Below, piece after piece: positions 39,301-49,419 of a DNA stretch of 64,000 nt. The notes below the pieces were generated by a model. It ran no database searches and was not told where the DNA came from. It saw only the letters and a list, made by a program, of their open reading frames with translations. The DNA is from Prorocentrum cordatum. Lineage: Eukaryota. The first letter of the stretch is position 1. Each line of letters begins with the position of its first letter. The stretch is from the NCBI GenBank assembly GCA_963575745.1, contig CAUYUJ010000242.1, positions 1 to 64,000 on the forward strand, written 5' to 3'. The position numbers and the translations under genes are program-made.

Positions 39301-40723
39301 CTGGACGGATCCGCCCCGCGCGTTTTGGAATGGCTCCAAGGGGAAAAACCTCAGGCGTGTCGTCAAGCAGGTGTTCACTAGAAGCTTCGTCACGGCACAG
39401 CATCTCCACCGCTGGAGATATAAGGTGGAGCCTACTTGTCCTTTCTGCAGGAACCCGCAGGCGCTAGACAGCGTCTGGCACAGGGTGTTCCAGTGCCCGC
39501 ACTTTGAGAAGTTGAGGCAGGAGCACATGCCGATAGAGTGGGTGGAGGCAGGACTGGAAGCGGGGGGGAGGATCCATTCTTCACGAACCTTTGGTTACCT
39601 CGCCCAGATGGGATTGTTCCCGCGAGCTGGGATGGGGAAGTCAGATACGCAGGGCCTGCGGGCCCGATTTCCGAGTTTCGTTTCTCGAAGGCGGCCCACA
39701 TCTATTCTGATGGATCGTGCTATGGAGGTAAGTATGAGCAGGTGGCCCGGGCAGGTTGGTCGGCGGTGGCGGTCAATGATGAAGGAGGACTTGTTTCTGC
39801 GGTTTATGGCAATGTTCCTGGTTTCCTTCCCCAGAGCGCCCTTTTTCGGAGAGTGCTATGGGCTTCTTCAGGCTCTGAACCACCTCGGAGATGACCCTGG
39901 GAGGGAGGAGATTGACCGCCCGTTCGTGATTCATGTGGACTGCAAAAGCCTGATGTCTGCTAAAGATAGATATTCGGCCACCTCGGGCAACACTCCGCTG
40001 GCAGAAGTTTGGCGGGCCCTTTTTGCGAAGTCGTATCCCACATGGGTGCTGGAAAAAGTCAAGGCCCACGCCACTGAGGAGTTATCAGGGGTCTTGCTTC
40101 GCCACCAGAGAGGAAATGATCTTGCTGATGAGTTCGCCAAGGATGGGGCGAAGATCCATCCGATGGCGCTGGAGAACATCTACAGATATGAAGTCATGTC
40201 CTCTGGCTGGAGTGATGTAGCCCTAGGAGTAGCAAACATCTTAGCTGAATGCCCAAAGGCCCAAGAGCTGTTTGGGAAATTGGACCGCTCTGTCGCGCTT
40301 TCGGTGGCCCCGCCCAGGGCTGCGAGCAAGCGCTCTCGCGCCGTTCTGTGGAACGGCTCCATGTGGAGGTGCAGCAGGTGCGCGAAAGGCTTCAGGTCCA
40401 AAGTAGCGAAGGGTGCGTGCGCAGCCCTCGCACCTGCTCTGAGAAAGTTCAGAGATTTGGAGGTTGAGCCCGCCCACAAGTTGTATGTTTGTAAAGTGAT
40501 AGAGGCTGGCTTGCCCGTGGTTTTCTGTTTGCGGTGCGGGGCCTACACCACGGGCCCTGCCAGGGCCTTGGGGGCCCCGTGCGTCAAAATCTTCAAGCAA
40601 CAGAGGGCGCAGCTTCTTGGTGGGAAGCTGCCGTGGCCCCGAGGTAAGCACGTCTCAAAACCGTGGCCCCTAGAGTCCCCGTCTCCCGAAGGGTGGTGGT
40701 GGTCGCGGCCCCAACATGTATAG
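36364..40723 (+). pseudogene. LINE-B ORF2 remainder: endonuclease C-terminus, RT, zinc finger, RNase H, Cys-rich tail
   Basis: IGADFD, CYDFF, FPHRPV; GRRPIG, LLADPTQCYE, IVAGS, VHVDD; CPFC..HRVFQC; IYSDGS (alternative frame), IHVDC, KVKAH, GNDLADEFAK. In-frame TGA at 37949; compensating frameshifts in homopolymers at ~39565 and ~39843. Confidence 0.92.
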
Positions 40724-40845
40724 GTTTGTTTTCTTTTCCCAGTCAGCCCTATCGAGCCAGGCTCGAGGGGGCAGCGAGAGCGCCAGCGTAAAAAAAAAGG
40801 AGAAGGAGGAGGAGGGGGAGGAGGAGGAGGAGGAGGAGGAGGAGG

Positions 40846-43060
40846 TCCCTGAAGCGACTGGCGTCATGGAGAGCTCAGCCCAGCTGGTCGGCACCAGGGG
40901 ATGTACTTAGAGTTTTAGCAATGCCAAGCTTGTATTATCGACCTCAACGGGGGGGTGGGCTGGGACTACAGCCAGAGGATGAAAATATTGAAGCGCCAGA
41001 GTTTGAGCGGGTCCTTTACTTGCTTTGCAGATGCATCAGAACGGTCGAGAGAGCACCCGCAGCTTGGCATCAGGCCTCGCGCTGTCGACTTGCGAAACAC
41101 AATGACAAGCTGGGCGCGGCGGCGGAGAGACCAATCATGGTTTTTCTGTGGGCTTGGCAGGTCATTATATCGTTCTCTGATGAAGAAGGATCAACACTAC
41201 GAGTATTGGGCTCATGGGGGCATATCTCACAGACGTCGAGAAGATGCAATGTTGGTTCAACAATGTGGATCAGCGGGGCTTCGAAGAGCAGGGGTGACAC
41301 ATATAACGAGGTACCATGACGCCAGCAACGCCTTTTATTGCGTGCACAAGGATATTGTAGAACGTGATGTATCGGAACTGGTGCAGGAGGGCAAGGGGGA
41401 TTTCTTTCTCCAGCGGATCTAAAACAGTACGTTTGTGATTGCGGACGGACATGCCAGTGCACACATGGCAAACGGGTCGGGTGTACTTCCAGGTGGTCAT
41501 GCTGCCACTAAGGTGTTTGTAAAAACGTATGGATACGGCGTCGGGTCCATGATAACGTTTCTTGATCAAGACCCATGGCAGAGAGCCTGGCACATGACAA
41601 TGCCAGATGCCATCCAGTCGACGCACGACCAGAGGACCGTCGACCTGGCCACCAGCACCTTCGTCGACGATGTCGCTCGGAAAATCATGGGAGCTGATCA
41701 GTATCACAGCCAGAGAGTTGCTTCATGGGAAAATCGAGTTTTCGACAACGGGCTTGGGTCAGTTGGAGGAGCTCAACATCGGGATAAACAAGTCAACCTC
41801 GCCCAGGGAGCGGGCCCCACAGCATCGAAGTTCAATCGAGCTTTTCACTCGAAACGTTTGGAACTTGAAGGTAAAACAGTTTCGGCGGCTCGATACCTCG
41901 GGGGGCAACAGCATTACAATAATGGAATTTCTGCTGAGAAACATGTTCGACTTCAGGCAGTAAAAACAGCTTGGTTCAAAATGGGGGCGTTCTGGGCTAC
42001 CGCGCAAGTGGGCATGTGTTTCAAGGGTATTGTGCTTGTGGGGTTGGTCATCAATGCGATCCTTTCGGGGCTGGATGCTTACGTTCTCAACGTGAAGGCG
42101 CCCATCGCCGGGCAATCCCTGGGGCCCCTGCAGCAGCATATCTATAAATATGCACGCGTGGTCCTAGAAGGGAAGCACACGCACATCGTTCTGAACACAA
42201 AGTACGTACACCGAGTAATCTTGAAGTACAGCGCCTGATGAAGTTCGGCAGCCTTTTCGTCGAGCTCAGGATCAGACGTCTGCAGTGGCTGCAGGGTATT
42301 GTTGCGAAACAGCGCGATCATAATCAGGTCATCGCAGCTCTGGTTGGGCAGGCGCAGTGTGAGGCTGCGAACTTTGAAGTCTCGAGTGATGGCGAGGTCC
42401 TCCCCGCGGCCCATGCTTGGACCAAACAGTTCTGGGCCGATGGTTCAGCGCTATTTGAGACAAAAGAAGGGGGGGGGGTGCTCGAATCAGAACTTGAGGG
42501 CAAGTTTTTAAAAGATGTTTTCGGGTGAAGCCCGAGATGTTTTCCTGAAAATCGATGTCGCGCAGCTCAGGGCTAAAGGGCTAGCGGTCTCGATCCCTCC
42601 TCTAGGGCCAGGACCGTGTGAAGTTACCCAACCTGCCACCCCGACAGAGGGGGGATATGTAGAGTTTGAGCGTCCAGTCTGTAAGGGGTAGTTTCATATC
42701 TCAGGAGGCCTTAGTTGCCCATTTGAACCGTGTATGTGCACGACTAGGAACAGATAGAGGTCCCCTGCTAGAAGCCAAATGTAAGACGAATAGAGTGCCA
42801 CATGCCGTTACACTCTCCAAGTATTGCTTGCTCTGCCAAAGTACCTTCGCGGACAGGGAGACGGCACAGTGGCACCTAGCAGCAGCTTTCAAGCATGAGC
42901 GATGCATGGCAGATTTTAGTTCCAGCAATCCTGAGCGAGTGGCGCACAAGTGTGCGCAGTGCACTCTATGTAGCTTGTCTGCCCCAGCACCAGAGCAACT
43001 CGATCGACATTTTGTTGATGCGCACTTGGCGCAGTATCTTGACACGCACATCCTTTCGCC
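40846..43060 (+). pseudogene. LINE-A reverse transcriptase and C2H2 zinc fingers (multiple stops and frameshifts)
   Basis: WRAQPSWSAP, PAAWH..ERPI, HDASNAFY, GVLPGG, TFVDD, RYLG; CLLCQSTF..QWHL, CTLC..DRHFVDAH. Confidence 0.85.
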
Positions 43061-43062
43061 AG

Positions 43063-43763
43063 ATGTCGAAGTGGCCCGCGGCAGCGCAGGCCCAGGAGCC
43101 ATCGGAGGGCGAGAACCAGAGAGCGAAGAAGGTGAAATCGGAGACGGGCAGCCGGGAGAAAAAATGGTTCTGCAGCTCGAGGCGCGGATGAGAAAACGCG
43201 AAGCCAACGACGCCCACTGCAGGTCCCCAGCGGGCCATCCTGCGCCTACGAACATGAAAAAGGCCACCGCAAACTACGACGCCCAGGTCAAGCAGCAGGG
43301 AAGCGGGCACCAGCTGGGCAGTCCGCACCTCCACGCCTTCGCCAGTCTTCTAGAGTGCCTCAAGGGCACAAGCGCCGAGGGAAAGCCAGACGAAATCAAA
43401 GTGCTGTTCATGGCAATAGGCAGGCTCCACAAGGCGGCAGTAGACAAAGGGCAACCCTCGGACATGGAAGACTTCGTGCACTCGTGCAGGGTCAGCGACT
43501 ATCACGTCAAGACGCGGAGCCAGCCGCTGTGCAGGATCAACTTCGCGGTGGAGGGTCACTGGCCAGTGGGTCGCACGATGGCGGAGGAGCAGGAGCTAGG
43601 AGGTATAGAGTCGCACCCGCTCGAGCTCGATGTCAACCTGAAGTGCGTCCACGTCACTGTCTCCAGGCTACTTTCTCTCGCAATGAGGGCGGCAGGGATG
43701 ACAAACATGCCAGGGGAAGCACCAGTAGGGGGTCTAGCGCACAGCATCAGAGGCAAGCAGTAG
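43063..43763 (+). CDS. Extra ~230-aa ORF downstream of LINE-A pol (probable 1-nt frameshift in the A-run at ~43160)
   Basis: MSKWPAAAQ..AKKVK, then MVLQLEARMR..ANYDAQVKQQGSGHQLGSPHLHAFASLL..GEAPVGGL. Globular composition; lies before the (TCAG)n tail. Confidence 0.5.
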
Positions 43764-44649
43764 CAGCCTGGTTGATTCAAGCAGCCACGTGTCAGATACC
43801 AGCAGCCAGTAGCAGCAGTTTCTCTGAAAGTAGGTCTAGCAGGGGACCTGTCCTCTCTCCTTCTCCGCCTCGTAAGCCTCCTCCCCCTCCTCCCGCTCCC
43901 TCCTCGGAGACCTCGTGGGAGCAGCGTTTAGCTGCACTTCATTGGAGAGTTCTGCAGAAGGACGCCAGGGGCCGCAGATGATTTAACATGCACCCCCGTG
44001 CCTTGTCTGCCCCACAGTGCCATGTCGGCACAATCGTGGGGCTGACGTGGCCTTGCGTTCCCGTGAGTGCTACATGGCCCCCTGGTGGACTGCCTATCTT
44101 CAAGGTAGAGCGATCTTTGACCAGGCTCTGCGGCGCAGGTGAGTTTGAAGAGATTTGGACTCGGCATCGATGCAGATTCAGTCAGTCAGTCAGTCTCCTC
44201 CTCCTCCTCCTCCCCCTCCTCCTCCTCCTCCTCCAGAGATGGGCCCTCCTCGGCTTGCCTTCCGCCGAGGGACATGTCTGGGGATTTCTTCAGTAGTGCT
44301 ATAGGGCTCGGGTTGGCTTCCATCAGCTGCGCCTCGCCGAGAGCGTTCCAAGGGATACCAGATCGTCGCGATGGGCCTCCGGAGAGCCGGGTTGTGACCC
44401 GAACGCCAGGAGGCAACGATCAATGCCCCAGGAGGGCCCAGCACCCGCCACCCCCGTGGGCGCACCGAGAGAATTCTCACTTGTCGGACATGGTGACGCT
44501 TTTCCTCCCACCAGCCTTCGGGGCCACCGTGGGCCACTTCCGAAGGGCCTCTGAAACGTATCGAACACGTTGTGTTGACAAGGTGATTTCTTGGGTGGCA
44601 GTCTCGGCTTGAGCAGTGCTGGGTATACGAGTCTGCGTATCGGCGACGC

Positions 44650-47390
44650 GATCGACGTTTTGGCTACGTGGAAGGAGACGAGAACTGCGATGACCAAAGA
44701 GAAGCTGCAGCGAGGATGACCGACCCGTGATGCGTCGAGTTTCAAGAAGTTGAAGTATCGGGTGCGATGCTGTCTGCGTGAGGTCATGGGCCCCGTCAGT
44801 CGCGACTGCCCGAAGCGAACAAAGCCCCCATGCAATGGCCCGAAGAAGTTCGTGACGAAGCCGTACCAGCAGGGACAGAATGGTTCGACAGGAAGCGGCG
44901 TTCCCAGTGTTGACCACGCAGTCCATGATCGAGGACGACGAGATCTGGTCCGAGGCGGACGCGCTAACCTCATCGCGAAGCTGACGAACGAGGAGGTTCA
45001 GGAGGCTGGCTCACGACTGACGCACAGGAGAACAAGACGTCGTCGCGGGCGAGATCGATGAGGCAGAGGACGAAGAGAATACCGTCGAGGCGTGTGCGTG
45101 TCACGCGCTGGGCTGCGGTGCTCTCGACTCGGGCTGTGGCGCGGCGCCGATTGGATCGGAGACGTTGTCAGAGTATGAGAAGGTGGCAGGCCTGCAGCCA
45201 TAGCGGGAGGAGGGCGCGCTGACGGTCAGGTGCAAAAGCTACGACGGCAAGATTCGTCGAGGACAGAAGGCATGCTGGATCCAAGGGCCTATTCCGAGGG
45301 CGAAGAAGCGGGTGAAGATCCTGGTCTACATGATCGAGGGCATGGTTGGGTTGCTGATCAGCAAGCAGGCGATGAAGATGCTCCAGGCCAATCTGGACAT
45401 GAGCGAGAACCGCCTGTGGCTTGGGCGGCTGCAAGTGTCGCTCCCCGCACGAGAAGCCGAGGTTCGTGGACACTGCGAGGTGGACTTGCTGGGGCGCGAG
45501 TTCGAGCAGAGTCCGGATCCCGACGCGGCGGTGGACGACGCGAGGGTGAGGATCGAGGACATGGAGCAGTCTTTTCAGCAGGGCAGGGCCGGCGCCCTCA
45601 GGCCAGGGATGGCGGGGACTGCCAGGCTCTCAGCGCGATGGACCAGCTGCCGGGCGCGATGGGGATCTTTTCGCCGCCGAGGGTGTGTCCGTTGGCGCCG
45701 CAGTGCGGCATGCGCGACCTCGGCGGGTTCGACAGCGTCGCAGGCTGGGGCGCTCGCGCGCACGCTGACATGTAGGAACTGTGGAAACATCAAGACGGAG
45801 GACCCCTTCCGTGCCATCATGGGCCCCCCGTGCGATAAGCTGACGGCCCTTCACAATATGACCCCGGATGAGAAAAGAAAAGATCTGGAACGACACTTCC
45901 GGGAACTTTTGGAAGCTAAACGTAATTTCGGGGCGCGCGTTCAGATAGCCGAACACTGGCTGTCTCGGGGCAGGCATTTCATCCTTGAGGCGCCTCCGAC
46001 GGCGGCTACCTACAGCGCGTGGTCCAGGCAGCGACTGTTGGAAGACAGAGGGCCCACGTGGGCGTGGCGAGTGGTGGGTGCAGCGTGGGCCTCAGACACC
46101 CCATCTCAGGAGTCCCCCTGAGCAAGCGCTGGAAGTTTGCGTCATCGTCGCTTGGGGTGGCAAGCGAGCTTCCACTTCCGTGCCAGGGCGGTCATGCCCA
46201 CGTGCGGACTGAGGGTGGTAGACCACTACCAGGCATCGGTATCTTGCTTCCCCGCTGGACCCAAATCTGCCCGGCGAAGCTTGTCAGGAGGATGCCCCAG
46301 GGGCTCTCGACGGCCAGCGTGGTTCATGATGGGGGAAAGGAGGTGGAGGGGTGCGCCGTTGACGAGGACGAAGGGGGCGGCCATGAGGTGCGCCCCCAGC
46401 GTCCGCGGAGTTTTGGGGCTGCGCTACGACGGCCCCATGTGAATCTAATCCATGCGACGACGGCCGCGATGCAACGACACCTCCGACATGCGAATGCAAG
46501 CCCCGAAGCGATACGACAGGCGACGAATTTCCATTGCGACGATTGCGAATCTGAACGACAGCCAGGCAGTGCGAAGTACAGTGCCCCTCCTGTGGCGATG
46601 GTCGCGAGAGAGCTTCCAGACCACCTTCCAGGGGGGCGGCGGGCATCTCTCAACATTGCGTGCGATGCCCTGTCTCTGCGCGTGATGGCTCCACTCCGGC
46701 GTGGAGAGGCGGAGTCGTCCATCGCGCTGCTTCGCGCCTATTGGAGCAAGTGGGCCCGGCCATGCACGAGGCCAAAGTGGCTGAAGGTGGGCGCTGCGAG
46801 TGCACATGTGTTGGGCGAGCTTCAGGATGCGACGCGCGGGGGCGGGGCGATTTTGGCGGGCGCAGCGGGGATGACAAAATAACAGGGTGGAAGGGTGAAG
46901 GTGCACGGGAAGTGGCTTGAACAGCGGTTGGAGGTTACGATCGACGAGGTTCAGCCCCAGGGCGAGGACCAGGAGGAATGGCTTGAATGCGTCGCGGAGC
47001 TCCAGGAAGAAAAGAATACATTGCTGAGCGTGAACCGAGTTTCCCCGCGTCAGATTGCGGTCGGCAGAAATCCAGAGATTCCCGAGGATTTGTTCGGGAT
47101 TGCCCGAATCCCGCGGCAAACAGTTGTGCGCGGCGCGACTCAGTGGCGGCGCGGGCCGCCAGTGTCCGCGCCATGGCTCGTCGGGTGGTTTTGGCGCACA
47201 ATGAGAAGAAGGCTACTAGGGTTGCTTTCGACTGTCGTCGGAGAGCGCGCCGAGTTTCTCAGTCAGGCGACGCGGTCGCAGTGCGGCGCTGGAGGGGGCG
47301 ATTGCAGGCAAACAGTTTTCGCGCAGATGACGACCAGGCATCGATCTGTGCGGGGCCTGTCAAGGGGAACATCTGGGTTGCTTCTGGCGC
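44650..47390 (+). pseudogene. Decayed Copia element 2: Gag knuckle, protease, DNMT domain, integrase
   Basis: RCCLREVMGPVSRDC; LDSGCG at 45123; GLLISKQAMKML; IFSPPRV, MGPPC (45819), HFILEAP, CQGGHAH; HVNLIH..CDDC; GPVKGNIWV. Many frameshifts; no LTRs seen. Confidence 0.8.
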
Positions 47391-47419
47391 CGCCCCTTGC
47401 CGAGCCTGCAGCCCTCGTG

Positions 47420-48950
47420 GCTCTTTCTGGCGGCCGCCGCTGCGGTTTCCCCAGCCCCAGCCCGAGTTTGCCGCCGCTGCGTTTTCCGGTCCTTTGTGTC
47501 CCTTGTGGTGGCCCTTCTGGTCGCCCTCCTTGCCCTTCCAGGCGCCCTTGGGGTGCCCTTTCTTTCTCTGAAGCCTCCTCGCCGCCGCCTCTGGCGACCT
47601 GCGCGGCGCGTTCTGCGTGGGCACCACCAGGGGAAAGTGCGTTTTTCCTTTTCGTTTTCCTCTGGGGCCACCCTGCCAGATTGTTGGATCCATTGTTTTT
47701 TGCTTTGCTTTGAAGGGGTGCGGGGTCCATCCCCCCCAGTTTCCTGTTGCCTTGCGTTTATCCATCTGTGCCTCGTAGGCGCGGACTGCGATCGACGATG
47801 CAGCAGCTGGCGTCAGCAATGATTCCATCTTCTATTGCGGGGCCATCTTCTTGGGGAGGCACGTCTCCTGCATTTTTCCAGGCCCGTGCGCGATGCCGAA
47901 CGTGGGAGGATTCTTGTTCGGCCCTTCATCGTTCAAGAGCCCGCCACTGCGGCCGTGTAAGATTTCCAAACCTTTGCAGAGCGTGTACTTCCCAGGGCAG
48001 TCGAAGAACATCACCGCCATGCTGTCCGCCCAGGGTCGGCCTCGGCCGGTCTCCCAGGGGGCCCGCGCGGCCGCGTCGACCACCGGGCCAGCCATGCGGG
48101 CCCTGCGGACAATGCCGAACATGCACAGGTTGAGGTCCCCCATGGCGACTCGCACGCGACTGCGTTGGACCTCCTGGAAGAACCAGGCGTAGAACTGTTC
48201 CAGCCTCTGTGTCCCAAAGTCATTGTTGGCCAACTCGTCGTGCACGCGCAACGCCGCGACGTTGAATCTGTTGCCCGGGCGCGGCACTGGGTCGCCCAGG
48301 GTAGCCTGTGACCAGGGCCCTGGAGTACCCGTTGAGTTCGTTCTCTGTTTTTGCATGCGTGCCTCGTCCTTTCTCTTGAACCGCGCGAACCCGAGGCTCT
48401 CTATGCTGCCGCCACTGCGTTCTCGCACGCCGAGGAGAAGAGTGCCATTCGGTTCATCGCCTTTGACGCGCAAGTACTTGTACCGGGATGGGACTGAAAC
48501 GTCTCCGCCTCCGCCTTGGCGGCGCCCGCTGCTGCGGTCTCGCGCGCACCCCCCCCCGTCGTCGTCGTTTTCTTCGGCGGCCCCAGACAGCAGGTGGAAC
48601 AGCTCGTCGTCGCCTGATCTGTGACTCTTTGCTGGTTGGCAATGCTCAGCCGCGCCGTTTTCTCCGCCCGCGTCGGTTTCAACCGCGAACGTGTTTTCTT
48701 CGTCGCGTCCGCCACTGCGTTTTCCGCGCCCGCCCCTTCGGCCCCCTGTGTTCTGTCTTTCTTCTTCGGCCGCGTCGTCCCTGCGCGAAGAGGCCGCCGC
48801 CGCAGAACCAGCCAAAGTGTCACCGTCTTGCGCGGCACCTCCGTCGTCGTTGTCGTCGTCGTCGTCATCCGAGTGTGCGACCGCCCCCGCGTTCCCCCGA
48901 GCGTTTGCCGCGACTGCGGCGTCATGCTCGTTCTGTAGCATTCTGTCCAT
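47420..48950 (-). pseudogene. Endonuclease/exonuclease/phosphatase (EEP)-like ORF, frameshifted at ~47830
   Basis: TLLLGVR, NVAALRVH, VRVAMGDLN (GDxN), then KTHFPLVV (DHxP-like) in the next frame. Confidence 0.45.
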
Positions 48951-49419
48951 CGGGCTTTCCTCGCCAGTAGTGGCCCCGCTCGCAGCTGGGCGGGAGGGCG
49001 ACCAGATGGCCGCGGCCATCACCTCCCGCATGGCGGCGGCCGAACCACCTCGAGCCGCCAACAACCATCGCACGGGGAGTGGACGAGGAGAAAGAGGTCG
49101 GATTGGAGCACGAGGTCGAGGGGCAGGGCGATGCGGGGGGAAGGCAGCGTGGAGCGCGGAGGAAGGGGGAGGATCATAATGACGTTGATGGCGATGCTGA
49201 TGATGATGTTGATGTGGGCGATGATGCTGATGATGATGGCGCTGACGAAGATGTGGAGGAGGATGCGTGTTTTTGTCCACCTGGCTGCGACGCTCACGCG
49301 CCAACTCGCCGCCACCCCGCTGCTGCGGTCTCCTGCGTCGCGGCGCCGCCAATTACGCTGCGGCCCCGCTTCCACCGCCACTGCGGTCTGGAACGGCGCC
49401 GGCAGGGACCGCCGGCGCC

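Larger units (their letters stand above)
21199..40798 (+). mobile_element. LINE-B: full-length two-ORF non-LTR retrotransposon with RNase H (own sequence 21199-22789 and 36364-40798)
   Basis: ORF1 followed by an EN-RT-zinc finger-RNase H ORF2; A9 tail at 40790-40798; (GAG)n tracts on both sides (21151-21198 and 40800-40844). Confidence 0.9.
19428..44194 (+). mobile_element. LINE-A: RTE-like non-LTR retrotransposon with a single EN-RT ORF, split by ~20 kb of nested insertions (own sequence 19428-20965 and 40846-44194)
   Basis: APE endonuclease at the 5' end with no upstream ORF1; RT and C2H2 fingers in the 3' part; (TCAG)4 tail at 44178-44194; (CTC)n tracts on both flanks. That the two halves are one element is inferred from domain collinearity. 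Confidence 0.75.
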
